NCBI GenBank assembly: GCA_002269645.1
Contig: NIVC01001122.1
Span: 186,001-250,000, forward strand
Reading direction: 5' to 3'
DNA: 64,000 nucleotides
Source of the DNA: Macrostomum lignano
Lineage: Eukaryota
Part shown: in pieces, positions 38,823-51,729 of the stretch
Numbering within the stretch: position 1 is the stretch's first letter
Layout: each line of letters begins with the position of its first letter
Made by a program: the position numbers and the translations under genes
The notes under the pieces: model-generated
Told to the model about the DNA's origin: nothing
Seen by the model: only the letters and a program-made list of their open reading frames with translations
The model's database searches: none

Positions 38823-41800
38823 TCAGCACTCCTGATGGTTGTACACCTGCTGCTGATAGCCGCCGCTGTACCAGTACGGGTTTCCGTGGTAACTGTAGCC
38901 TGGATGAGGCGACATCGGCAACTGGTAGGCGTTGCCATGGAGATGATGCGATTGCTCCCAGTCTCCGCTATACGAATGCAGCTGAGAATGCTGCTGCTGA
39001 TGATGTTGCTGCAGTGCGTGCTGATGCTGGAGCGCGTGCTGATGCGGGAGCAACTGCGATATCAGGGGGCCACTGGCGCCTCCTCCAGGTGCACCAACTT
39101 CACCAAGCAGGGCCGGTGGCGGCGGAGGCAGCGGCTGCGGCTTCTGAATTTCCGGAACTCCCGAGTCGCCGCTTCCAGCGGCGTCGGCTTCAGCCTCGGA
39201 GGATCCGTGAGTTGTCGGCGGAGGCGGAGGTCGGGAGTTCGAATCCAAGGAGTCAGCTTCGCAGGCTTCGTTAGCCGAGTCAAGCTGTTGCTGGCGCTGT
39301 TGAAAATGCTGATGAAGCTGGGGATGCTGGGGAAGCTGGTGCATCGGGATGATCGCTTCAGACTTTATCGGACTGTTCGCTTCGTTCTTCATCATCATTT
39401 CCTGGAAAGAATCGGTTTTTTTATCTAGATTAAAATTTTTAACTTTGTTTGAATCCTCTTATCCGTTTTTTTTCAACTAAAAGACTGCTGTCTCATTAAG
39501 GATTCTGAAATTCTTTTCTATCCCAAAATCTGACGATTCACTTGCCCCCATTCAATCCGCTACCCCTCACCCGATCCTCCAGGACTGCTCCGTTACCCCT
39601 CACCCGATCCTTCAGGACTGCTCCGTTACCCCTCACCCGATCCTTCAGGACTGCTCCGTTACCCCTCACCCGATCCTTCAGGACTGCTCCGCTACCCCTC
39701 ACCCGATCCTTCAGGACTGCTCCGCTACCCCTCACCCGATCCTTCAGGACTGCTCCGCTACCCCTCACCCGATCCTTCAGGACTGCTCCGCTACCCCTCA
39801 CCCGATCCTTCAGGACTGCTCCGCTACCCCTCACCCGATCCTCAGGACTGCTCCGCTACCCCTCACCCGATCCTTCAGGACTGCTCCGCTACCCCTCACC
39901 CGATCCTTCAGGACTGCTCCGCTACCCCTCACCCGATCCTTCAGGACTGCTCCGCTACCCCTCACCCGATCCTTCAGGACTGCTCTGCTACCCACTAAAA
40001 CTCTGCTTCATCAAAATCCCAAAGAACTCACGTCATCAGAAAATTCCTCATCGTCGGCGTTCATGCTGTCAACCAGGTTCTGCGGGTCCTGGCCCTGCTT
40101 CAGCAGTTTCTTATACTTGGACCGCTTGTTCTGAAACCAAATCTTCACCTGAAATATTGAGTTAAGAGGGAAAAATTATTGATAAGTCAAAGGCCTCTAT
40201 AAAGACAATAGCTCAAAGCATTTTAGAGATATAAAGCAGAATAGAGTGGCACAATGGCGCCCTCAGGAGAGAGTGAGAATAGGCTAGAACTCTCCATGCA
40301 TTCCTCCCAACTTCAAGGATGCAACAGTTGCGTCACGGCGCGCACGCCACCAACCATGCGCGCTGACGAGTGGCGAGGAAGAGCCCGCCCCGCAGAACGC
40401 TGAGAGGACATTCGCGGGCCGTCACGCAATCCAAAACAATTCTATTTGAGTCCTCGGGGCGTTTTTGGCATCGGTAGGGGAGAAGTTTTCTTTTCCTTTT
40501 TGTTGCTTCTTCACTCTTCGCGGGGATGTCGCTTTTTAAAGGCTACTCTAGCATTGCTAACGTTGTGTCTATCCCTTTCTATCCCTGTCTATCCCTGTCT
40601 ATCCCTTTCTATCCCTGTCTATCCCTGTCTATCCCTGTCTATCCCTGTCTATCCCTGTCTATCCCTGTCTATCCCTGTCTATCCCTGTCTATCCCTGTCT
40701 ATCCCTGTCTATCCCTGTCTATCCCTGTCTATCCCTGTCTATCCCTGTCTATCCCTGTCTATCCCTGTCTATCCCTGTCTATCCCTGTCTATCCCTGTCT
40801 ATCCCTGTCTATCCCTGTCTATCCCTGTCTATCCCTGTCTATCCCTGTCTATCCCTGTCTATCCCATGTCTATCCCATGTCTATTCTTGCCTATCCCTGT
40901 CTATCCCTATCTCAGTCCATTTCCCCATCAAATCACAACTGAATATTCACTCACCTGAGTCTGCGTGAGCCCCAGGCTGGCTGCCAGCTCAGCCCGCTCA
41001 GGCAGTGACAGGTACTGGGTGCGCTGGAACCGCCTGTTAAGCTGCTGCAGCTGGAGGCTGGAGTAGATGGTGCGCGGCTTGCGCATCTTCTTGCCTTTGC
41101 CGAGGCCGGCGCCAACTCTGACACCCTCTGAGTCGCGCGGCAAGTCTGCGGGCAGTAGTTGGAGTTGTTGTTATTTTCGTTAAAAATTAAAACAAACAAA
41201 CATGACTATCCTGACCATGAGGGAAACAGGAACAAGTGGGAACTGTGGCGGAGTGGCCTGAAAGTTGGAGTAATCTGATTTATAAGTCAGTTGGGAAATT
41301 CGGCCACGCAACAGGTGGTCGTAGACAGCGATGGCAAAACAATGGGATTCCCCCGAAGGGAGATGGCTGTTCCAAAGAGACGACACGATGCGATGAAATC
41401 ACTCTGAATTTCTACTCGCTTTAATCTTGACTGTCCTGCCTGCCTGTCTGTCTATATTATCTGGTCCGACTTCTTACAATAGATAGATTTTTATTTGAGA
41501 TCTTTGAGACGGCGAGGGGCCTCGGCCGGACTTACAGATAGCAATCTCGTTTGGTGGGGTTGGTCGCCGATTGAGAAGGCGGGCAGGGGCGGGGCTCTGA
41601 GGCCAGTGGGGATCTAACTCTTTGCTCCCACAGTCGGACTTTGGTTGAGTTGGCTGAGGATTTGGAAAGGTAGGAAAGGTGAGAATGGAGCCAGAGAATG
41701 AAGCCAGAGGAATTTGTTTGATAAAGTCAGTAAAAATAGCCAGGCTGTGATTGAGAAAGGGGAGGAGAGGATGACTAAAAGGAAAAGTAAAGCAATTGGT

Positions 41801-42928
41801 GGAGAGTAGAGAGACAGGCAGTGGGAGATGAAGGACAGGCAGTGGGAGATGAGGGACAGGCAGTGGGAGATGAGGGACAGGCAGGGGGAGATGAGGGACA
41901 GGCAGGGGGGATGAGGGACAGGCAGGGGAGATGAGGGACAGGCAGGGGGAGATGAGGGACAGGCAGTGGGAGATGAGGGACAGGCAGGGGAGATGAGGGA
42001 CAGGCAGGGGGATGAGGGACAGGCAGGGGAGATGAGGGACAGGCAGTGGGAGATGAGGGACAGGCAGTGGGAGATGAGGGACAGGCAGTGGGAGATGAGG
42101 GACAGGCAGTGGGAGATGAGGGACAGACAGGGGGAGATGAGGGACAGGCAGGGGGAGATGAGGGACAGGCAGGGGGAGATGAGGGACAGGCAGGGGGAGA
42201 TGAGGGACAGGCAGGGGGAGATGAGGGACAGGCAGGGGGAGATAAGGGACAGGCAGGGGGAGATGAGGGACAGGCAGGGGGAGATGAGGGACAGGCAGGG
42301 GGAGATGAGGGACAAACAGGGGAGATGAGGGACAGGCAGGGGGAGATGAGGGACAGACAGGGGGAGATGAGGGACAGGCAGGGGAGATGAGGGACAAACA
42401 GGGGGAGATGAGGGACAGGCAGGGGGAGATGAGGGGTAGACAGGGCAAATGAGGCGGGATGCAGCAGCTCAGACAGATAAAGGCGGGATGCAGCAGCTCA
42501 GACAGATGAAGGCGGGATGCAGCAGCTCAGACAGATGAAGGCGGGATGCAGCAGCTCAGACAGATGAAGGCGGGATGCAGCAGCTCAGACAGATGAAGGC
42601 GGGATGCAGCAGCTGTATCAGGCCTTGACTCACCATCAGGCCTGGCAGCGCCGAAGCCGTGGTGGGCAGCGAAGTAAGCGGCGGCAGCGGCCTGGTCGCC
42701 ACCGAAGCCGTGAGCAGCCGAGATGTAGGGAGCGGCGGACCTGGCGGCGGCCGGAAATCCCTGGCCGAGTGCGGAGGAGTAGGCCGCCGCGACAGACAGG
42801 CCGCCGGGGTAGCCGCCGGCTCCGCCGCTCTGTGGCGAGAAGTCCGGACCGTCAGGCTGCTCCGGGGAATATGGGCCACCGGCGGCGGCTGCTGCGGCCG
42901 CGGCAGCCGCGGATTTCAAAGTTTCCAT
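38823..42928 (-). CDS. Dll: Distal-less/Dlx homeobox protein, copy B (393 aa)
   Basis: Exons 42928-42634, 41145-40955, 40148-40032, 39401-38823; GT-AG and phase-consistent (1182 nt). Homeodomain [44 protein letters not shown]|[17 protein letters not shown]-rich C-terminus. Confidence 0.92.
39560..39990. repeat. Intronic 33-mer gctacccctcacccgatccttcaggactgctcc
   Basis: About 13 copies in Dlx B intron 3. Confidence 0.95.
40566..40910. repeat. Intronic 10-mer ctatccctgt
   Basis: Dlx B intron 2. Confidence 0.97.
41812..42613. repeat. Dlx B intron 1: about 20-22-mer gagatgagggacaggcagggg plus 29-mer (6 copies)
   Basis: Inverted homologs of 29499-30185. Confidence 0.95.
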
Positions 42929-43012
42929 CTCCGTGCTTGCAGCTCAGAGTCCTTCCTTAGTGTTTGTCAAACTGTGTTGATTAGCTTAGCTTAAATCTAA
43001 AGAAGCTTTGAG

Positions 43013-43185
43013 CTCTTATATCTGCCCAGTCGCGTGCTGAGTGGGCCCCGACTCAGCATGCGCTGTCAAGTTTTTATTCAGAGGCCCGTCGATCCGCCAT
43101 TGGAGGGTGGGCGGCTGGGCTACCGGCTGAGCCGGGCTAGGGGGAGGGGGGTTGGGGCGCCAAGGCCGAGGCCCGCTGCTATTGG
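43013..43185 (-). promoter_or_regulatory. Candidate core promoter of Dlx copy B
   Basis: On the minus strand, TATAAGAG lies about 85 nt upstream of the ATG and agccaatag (CCAAT box) lies near 43180. Motif match only. Confidence 0.3.
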
Positions 43186-43544
43186 CTGAGAGACCGATTT
43201 TCTGTCTACCCCCAACCTGCCGTGCTGCCCTGCTGGAATTTAACACATTCTTCGGCGCAGAGACGCGCCGAATTCGTGTCTTAATGTCAACATGCCAGCA
43301 GCAGAATTGCCATTGGTGGTGTACAGTGCTGTGCTGTCAATGCTGTAAACAAGAAGCAGCAAGAAGGAAGGGCATTTGTTTTGTAAGTAATAAGAGTATT
43401 GCGCAATCATTTCATGGATCTTTTCCATTACAATATCATTGGGCCGTTTTCTTTTTGAAGTAACACATATTATTGGAATGGGATTATTTACTTGAGATTA
43501 ATGTGAGACTAAAATGGGAATGACTGTGTGAATGGAGATCGAGA

Positions 43545-44068
43545 TGAGGATGGGGGATGTAGATGAGGATGGGGGATGTAGATGAGGATGGGGGATGTAG
43601 ATGAGGATGGGGGGTGTAGATGGTGATGGGGGTGTTGATGAGGATGGGGGATGTAGATGAGGATGGGGGATGTAGATGAGGATGGGGGGTGTAGATGGTG
43701 ATGGGGGTGTTGATGAGGATGGGGATGTAGATGGTGATGGGGGTGTAGATGGTGATGGGGGTGTTGATGAGGATGGGGGATGTAGATGGTGATGGGGGTG
43801 TAGATGGTGATGGGGGATGTAGATGGTGATGGGGGTGTAGATGGTGATGGGGGATGTAGCTGGTGATGGGGGATGTAGATGGTGATGGGGGATGTAGAAG
43901 GTGATGGGGGTGTAGATGGTGATGGGGGATGTAGATGGTAATGGGGGTGTAGATGGCGATGGGGATGTAGATGGTGATGGGGGGTGTAGATGGCGATGGG
44001 GGATGTACGACCGTAGATGAAGATGGGGGATGCAGATGGTGATGGGGGATGTAGATGAAGATGAAGAC
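43545..44068. repeat. About 20-mer gatgtagatggtgatggggg
   Basis: Tandem copies read directly. Confidence 0.93.
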
Positions 44069-44853
44069 AATGATTAATTTTACCTTAGCTCATTGGATAA
44101 GAATGTGATGAGGAAGGGATGCTGGATCAGCATCCGCAATGTAGATGAGAACAGCCATAAGATTGATGCTTTAATGCAACGAAAGCCAACTAAAAAAAAT
44201 TTGCTTTCATTCAGCAGCTGTTTGCAAGTTGAGAAAAAATGATGCAAAATGCGCGAAACCGCAACCCCCCAACGCCGGTACGAACCTTCGCACTCCCGCT
44301 GCGACCCCTGGGGGCTGGGCTATTATCGATGGACTCCAATAAAAATAGCCTGACTGCTCACAAGTGAGAAAGGCTCAGCGAGTTGGTGGTTATTGTACGC
44401 ATCACAGTGCGAAACAATGCACGCGCGAGGCCCTAGCGACCGCGAAAACTCGAGCGCGAATTAGCGACCCGGGCCGTATTTGCACCCTGTGCAGGGCTGG
44501 CAGGCTTAAGTTGCGACTCCGCGCTTGTCTAATGACGTCATCATGGATGCGGACGAAAATTTGTTTTTTTTTCTATGGAAAAGCGAAAAAAATGAGAAAT
44601 AGGCAGAATATCCTGCATGGCGCCAACTCAAAGCTAGCAGCGATGGCATCAGCTGTTGGACCAGATACACAGAGTCGCTATTTCCTCCAGGGGCAATTAT
44701 CTGGAGAGAATTGTGGCGTTATTTTAATCGCTTTCCTCCTCTAGAGCGCAAATTATTGAGCAGCTGCGTTTTCAAACGAGAAAAATTGCTTGAAAAATGC
44801 ACACAAATGTTTTACAGAAGAGTTTTTGAGCCTCTCTTTTCTACAGATGCATT

Positions 44854-46155
44854 ACTTCGGTGCCAAGACACTTCGGTGCCAAGACACTTCGGTGCCAAGA
44901 CACTTCGGTGCCAAGACACTTCGGTGCCAAGACACTTCGGTGCCAGACACTTCTTCGGTGCCAGACACTTCTTCGGTGCCAGACACTTCTTCGGTGCCAG
45001 ACACTTCTTCGGTGTCAAGACACTTCTTCGGTGCCAGACACTTCTTCGGTGTCAAGACACTTCTTCGGTGCCAAGACACTTCGGTGCCAGACACTTCTTC
45101 GGTGCCAGACACTTCTTCGGTGACAAGACACTTCTTCGGTGCCAGACACTTCTTCGGTGCCAGACACTTCGGTGCCAGACACTTCTTCGGTGCCAAGACA
45201 CTTCGGTGCCAGACACTTCTTCGGTGCCAGACACTTCTTCGGTGCCAAGACACTTCGGTGCCAAGACACTTCGGTGCCAAGACACTTCGGTGCCAAGACA
45301 CTTCGGTGCCAAGACACTTCGGTGCCAAGACACTTCGGTGCCAAGACACTTCGGTGCCAAGACACTTCGGTGCCAAGACACTTCGGTGCCAAGACACTTC
45401 GGTGCCAAGACACTTCGGTGCCAAGACACTTCGGTGCCAAGACACTTCGGTGCCAAGACACTTCGGTGCCAAGACACTTCGGTGCCAAGACACTTCGGTG
45501 CCAAGACACTTCGGTGCCAAGACACTTCGGTGCCAAGACACTTCGGTGCCAAGACACTTCGGTGCCAAGACACTTCGGTGCCAAGACACTTCGGTGCCAA
45601 GACACTTCGGTGCCAAGACACTTCGGTGCCAGACACTTCTTCGGTGCCAGACACTTCTTCGGTGCCAGACACTTCTTCGGTGCCAGACACTTCTTCGGTG
45701 CCAGACACTTCTTCGGTGTCAAGACACTTCTTCGGTGCCAAGACACTTCGGTGCCAGACACTTCTTCGGTGCCAGACACTTCTTCGGTGACAAGACACTT
45801 CTTCGGTGCCAGACACTTCTTCGGTGCCAGACACTTCGGTGCCAGACACTTCTTCGGTGTCAAGACACTTCTTCGGTGCCAAGACACTTCGGTGCCAAGA
45901 CACTTCTTCGGTGCCAAGACACTTCGGTGCCAGACACTTCTTCGGTGCCAGACACTTCGGTGCCAGACACTTCTTCGGTGCCAGACACTTCTTCGGTGCC
46001 AGACACTTCGGTGCCAGACACTTCTTCGGTGCCAAGACACTTCGGTGCCAGACACTTCTTCGGTGCCAGACACTTCTTCGGTGCCAAGACACTTCTTCGG
46101 TACCAAACACTTCGGTGCCAAGACACTTCTTCGGTGCCAGATACTTCGGTGCCAG
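44854..46155. repeat. Mixed 16-mer cttcggtgccaagaca / 18-mer cttcttcggtgccagaca array
   Basis: Tandem copies read directly. Confidence 0.97.
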
Positions 46156-48696
46156 AGCAAGTGGAAGCTTTGCAGAGAAGGGAGAGTTGTCTTTTTCCTT
46201 TTAGTGTTTAAAAATTATTGTTTTTGGGCATATGGTACTGATATTTATATTGAAACTGAAGATTTTGCTTGCGTTTATATTCTAAGAAAGAGCACTTTTC
46301 AAACTAGGAGTGCGGGCGATTTCTGCTATTATTTACTGAATATTCATAGACACCTTGTTTCGTAGAATCATTTGCTAAACTTTTAAAAGCAGTATAAGAA
46401 AACATTTCATAGTATTCAATGTTAGTATTCATAGTATTCAAATCCGTTCAGTCTCCTTGGGCAGATGGGCAAAACATATCAAGGACACTGTTCTAGGAAA
46501 TCATTGACTAAGAAACTCGCACTTGTGGATGGAACTGGTTGGCCCTGTTAAGCCAAGCGCAAAATCGCCAATCCCTTTATGAGGGAACTCTTCACAATGA
46601 GCTACTCAAAATGTGATTTTTATAGATATTTGTTGTTCCACGACTGTCCATTATCCCCTTATTTTATTCCCATTGCCCGAACTCCCCGAGGGGAAGAGCT
46701 ATAGGCTATAGACTGCATGGGTGAGAGTTGACACCCAGCCTCCTCGGTCTCGGGTCTGGGGGCCCAGCAACAACCGGGGGGGGGGGCTTTGGGTGGTAAG
46801 TTTTCGTTCTCAGTTCCCTCCCCATGGATACCCGCAGTTGAGATGCGATGGGGGAGCTTTCACTGCTCCTAGAGGCAGGAGGGAGAGCACGGATGGCAAT
46901 GGGGGTGTTCGAGCAGCCAAGCGAATCTGTGGGTGTTGGGCGGGGGGATTGTCGCGAAGTCAGCTCGGATTTTGTGTCTGTAGGGGGTCTGGGCCATAGA
47001 CTGGGCTCCGAGCCATGCGGCCTGTTGAACTGGATCCCTCTGTATGCATGCTTTGCTGCCCACAGCCTTAGGGGGATCAGTTTTCAAGGATTTAGGATGC
47101 GGCCAAGGCCCCAGAATTCCCGGAACAGGCCTTGTTGGATGAGCAGAGGGCTAGTGTAACTCAACAAGTTGAATTTTTGTGTGGGGCGAACAAAACTTTG
47201 AATGGAAAGAATTGTTAAGAAAATGCGAAACACCCAATACAGAATGCCAGCTAAGGTTGATAGCCACCGTGCAAATCTAATTAATCCAATTAAAGTCACA
47301 TGAGTCGCCTGAGATTGCGTCATTCCCTTCTTAGAATTTAGTAGCCCACAGAAAGTTCAGAAGGTTAAATTTATTGAAACTAAAATTTAACAGGGCCAAC
47401 GTCCATAAGCTGTGACTATTTAAGATGCAGAGCAGTCTAACAGTTTAAACAAAAATTGATGATACAAATATTCGACTCGGAACTAAAGCGAGCTCGTAAA
47501 CTCATAGCCAAGCAGCTCATGATGGATAAATTTAACGCTTACTCGTAATAAATTTAATGTACGAAATCTGGGCGTTAATTTTAACTGAGGAAAATCATCA
47601 CTCATTAGATATATGGATCTGTCAGACGGCAGAATAGTAGTTTGGTTTTTTCAACACAAGTGTGCCCTATAAAAAATCAAGTTTTACGACCTTCATCATT
47701 TCTTAGTAACTGATCATAGTTGGATAATTTATAACACACACGAGATAAGTTTGCCATTATCCGTTGTTGTGCCAGTCTGTTTCCATTCCAGATAGCTAAT
47801 TCTAGATGTCCATATCTACGCCATGTCCATTGCATGCACGGCTTTGCTCTTGGCAATGGCCCGCCCACAGCGCACCTGCTATTTTTGCCAGGCGAGGCAC
47901 ATATAGACTGGCTTTAGGGAGACTCGCTACGGTGCCCGGCCCACCTGTGTCAGAATTTGTCTGCCGAGGGCCAAGGAGTCAAGGAGACTTCAACCAGTAC
48001 CTGGAAAGGTTTCTATTCCTTGATTTTTTGCAGATGTCCTTGCTCGAAAAAGCTCCAAGTTTTATACAAACCGAAGTTCACTGAAACTCGCCCTATATCC
48101 TTTGTGAGCAAATCTCCTTGATCGAGTCAGGGACTTCTAAAAATAGCACCACTGGACCGGAAGCTAGAATAGAAAACACCCCCATTTTACGCCAGCGTAT
48201 AATGCAATGCATATGGGGAGCTTCCAGTCCAGCTTCTATTTTTAGGAGTCCCTGTTCGAGCCTGGTCCTCTCTTTCTCCAAGCCTTGCGGGCTGTCACAA
48301 TGCACAGCAGGCAGACGGGACGCCATCCGCGGGATAACGGCGGGAACAAAGTCAAGACTCGGGGCGCGACTTGCGCCTCCACCGCTGGCCCTGCAGCCCC
48401 TCCCCACCACCCAGCGGGGGACCGCGCGGTCTCTCTCGGCTTTTCACACCGCCTGCATTTGCTGCTCGGCCGAGCTGCAGGTTCCGGTCTCAAGTCCCAC
48501 CCCTTCCCCCCAGTGAGCTCGCCATGGGATCACTCTCTGCAGGGGAGTCGCAGAATTAGACAGACTGCAGGCAGAATGGATGACGCAACGTCAACTGTGT
48601 CTCCCTAGCCCTCGCTCTGCGACTCTGATGCCTCTCACCGTATGCCAATTTTGCTGGTCCTTGCTGTATAATTTCGAGTTGCATTGTAATATACCC

Positions 48697-50760
48697 ATTC
48701 ATTTGAGTAGGGTGCCATTTCATTTGAGTAGGGTGCCATTTCATTTGAGTAGGGTGCCATTTCATTTGAGTAGGGTGCCATTTCATTTGAGTAGGGTGCC
48801 ATTTCATTTGAGTAGGGTGCCATTTCATTTGAGTAGGGTGCCATTTCATTTGAGTAGGGTGCCATTTCATTTAAGTAGGGTGCCATTTCATTTGAGTAGG
48901 GTGCCATTTCATTTGAGTAGGGTGACATTTCATTTGAGTAGGGTGCCATTTCATTTGAGTAGGGTGCCATTTCATTTGAGTAGGGTGCCATTTCATTTGA
49001 GTAGGGTGCCATTTCATTTGAGTAGGGTGCCATTTCATTTGAGTAGGGTGCCATTTCATTTGAGTAGGGTGCCATTTCATTTGAGTAGGGTGCCATTTCA
49101 TTTGAGTAGGGTGACATTTCATTTGAGTAGGGTGCCATTTCATTTGAGTAGGGTGCCATTTCATTTGAGTAGGGTGCCATTTCATTTGAGTAGGGTGCCA
49201 TTTCATTTGAGTAGGGTGCCATTTCATTTGAGTAGGGTGCCATTTCATTTGAGTAGGGTGCCATTTCATTTGAGTAGGGTGCCATTTCATTTGAGTAGGG
49301 TGCCATTTCATTTGAGTAGGGTGCCATTTCATTTGAGTAGGGTGACATTTCATTTGAGTAGGGTGCCATTTCATTTGAGTAGGGTGCCATTTCATTTGAG
49401 TAGGGTGCCATTTCATTTGAGTAGGGTGCCATTTCATTTGAGTAGGGTGCCATTTCATTTGAGTAGGGTGCCATTTCATTTAAGTAGGGTGCCATTTCAT
49501 TTGAGTAGGGTGCCATTTCATTTGAGTAGGGTGACATTTCATTTGAGTAGGGTGCCATTTCATTTGAGTAGGGTGCCATTTCATTTGAGTAGGGTGCCAT
49601 TTCATTTGAGTAGGGTGCCATTTCATTTGAGTAGGGTGCCATTTCATTTGAGTAGGGTGCCATTTCATTTAAGTAGGGTGCCATTTCATTTGAGTAGGGT
49701 GCCATTTCATTTGAGTAGGGTGCCATTTCATTTGAGTAGGGTGACATTTCATTTGAGTAGGGTGACATTTCATTTGAGTAGGGTGCCATTTCATTTGAGT
49801 AGGGTGCCATTTCATTTGAGTAGGGTGACATTTCATTTGAGTAGGGTGACATTTCATTTGAGTAGGGTGCCATTTCATTTGAGTAGGGTGACACTTCATT
49901 TGAGTAGGGTGCCATTTCATTTGAGTAGGGTGTCATTTTGTTTGAGTAGGGTGACATTTTATTTGAGTAGGGTGCCATTTCATTTGAGTAGGGTGACACT
50001 TCATTTGAGTAGGGTGCCATTTCATTTGAGTAGGGTGTCATTTTGTTTGAGTAGGGTGACACTTCATTTGAGTAGGGTGTCATTTTGTTTGAGTAGGGTG
50101 TCATTTCATTTGAGTAGGGTGTCATTTTGTTTGAGTAGGGTGCCATTTCATTTGAGTAGGGTGCCATTTCATTTGAGTAGGGTGACACTTCATTTGAGTA
50201 GGGTGCCATTTCATTTGAGGGGCGCCATTTCATTTGAGTAGGGTGACACTTCATTTGAGTAGGGTGCCATTTCATTTGAGTAGGGTGACACTTCATTTGA
50301 GTAGGGTGCCATTTCATTTGAGTAGGGTGACACTTCATTTGAGTAGGGTGCCATTTCATTTGAGTAGGGTGTCATTTTGTTTGAGTAGGGTGACACTTCA
50401 TTTGAGTAGGGTGTCATTTCATTTGAGTAGGGTGTCATTTTGTTTGAGTAGGGTGACATTTCATTTGAGTAGGGTGCCATTTCATTTGAGTAGGGTGACA
50501 CTTCATTTGAGTAGGGTGCCATTTCATTTGAGTAGGGTGTCATTTTGTTTGAGTAGGGTGACACTTCATTTGAGTAGGGTGTCATTTTGTTTGAGTAGGG
50601 TAAAACTTCATCTGAGTAGGGTGCCATTTCATTTGAGTAGGGTGACACTTCATTTGAGTAGGGTGCCATTTCATTTGAGGGGCGCCATTTCATTTGAGTA
50701 GGGTGTTATTTTGTTTTAGTAGGGTGCCATTTCGATTTTTGAGGACGCCATTTTATTTGA
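48697..50760. repeat. 21-mer satellite ttcatttgagtagggtgccat (about 98 copies)
   Basis: Homogeneous on the left, increasingly variant on the right. Confidence 0.97.
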
Positions 50761-50797
50761 GGGAGCGCCATTCCATTTAAGGAGCGTCATTTTATAG

Positions 50798-50968
50798 GAG
50801 GCGCCAGCACCAGAGGCGCCAGCACCAGAGGCGCCAGCACCAGAGGCGCCAGCACCAGAGGCGCCAGCACCAGAGGCGCCAGCACCAGAGGCGCCAGCAC
50901 CAGAGGCGCCAGCACCAGAGGCGCCAGCACCAGAGGCGCCAGCACCAGAGGCGCCAGCACCAGAGGTG
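50798..50968. repeat. 15-mer aggcgccagcaccag (about 11 copies)
   Basis: Tandem copies read directly. Confidence 0.95.
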
Positions 50969-51729
50969 CAAGGCAGTGAGTATAAACAATACGGCAATAC
51001 AAAGTATAAAAACAGTCATTTTAAATACCACCCAACTCGCATCGAAGCAATGCAACGGGTTTAATTTGCGGAAAGCTTGTTGGAAAATTAGAATCCGCAC
51101 GAAAATAAATAAACGAATTAATTTATTTAGTGGTGTTGTGCATTTTAAATCCGATATTCTGTGTGCTGGATGGTACTTTAAGTAAAGGTTCAAAACAAAA
51201 AAATGGGAAACTTTGCCGGATTTAAAACAAAGGTAAAGCAAGAGATTAATTAAAGTTAAGCGCCGCGGTCAAGCATTTCAACTACAGGAAAGACGGCCTA
51301 CATATTGCAGATTCTATGCATTACATACGCATTGCTAATCTTATCAATGTGGGAAACCATGCTAGATAATAAAAAAGAATCGATTGAAAGAATGCAATTT
51401 TAAAAAATATGTGCGCATTCCCTACTGTAAGTAGCCCAGTCGCGATTAGTTAGCTGTGTTTAGATGAAATCGCAGTAAGACAATAAATAAATTTCGGTTT
51501 TAAATAATAAAACACAGGAAGTACACAGTGTTCGCTCCTGAATAGACAAGTCCAAAATAATCAAAACAGAGTGAAATACAGGAGACAACAGAAATCTGTG
51601 TTGTTTTATACAAAAATAGATGTTTAGTTGTTAAACTAAGTTTGAAACTTTAGCATGTTTTTTCCAGCGAATTTTTGTTTCATTTTGCAATTATCAGATA
51701 AAAAAACACGCGCAAAGTGTCATCCATCA

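Noticed and set aside
38778-39428. Plus-strand 216-aa ORF opposite Dlx B exon 4, and other antisense ORFs over exons
   Set aside because: Antisense shadows of GC-rich coding exons.
46700-48610. Cluster of short ORFs in GC-rich patches
   Set aside because: No recognisable protein or TE motifs, and no coherent exon chain.
1871-50701. Dozens of long repetitive ORFs (e.g. 1871-2914, 9144-10376, 21570-22493, 44711-46365, 48580-50359)
   Set aside because: They are translations of tandem arrays, open in several frames and on both strands, and lie within introns or intergenic DNA. There is no domain evidence.
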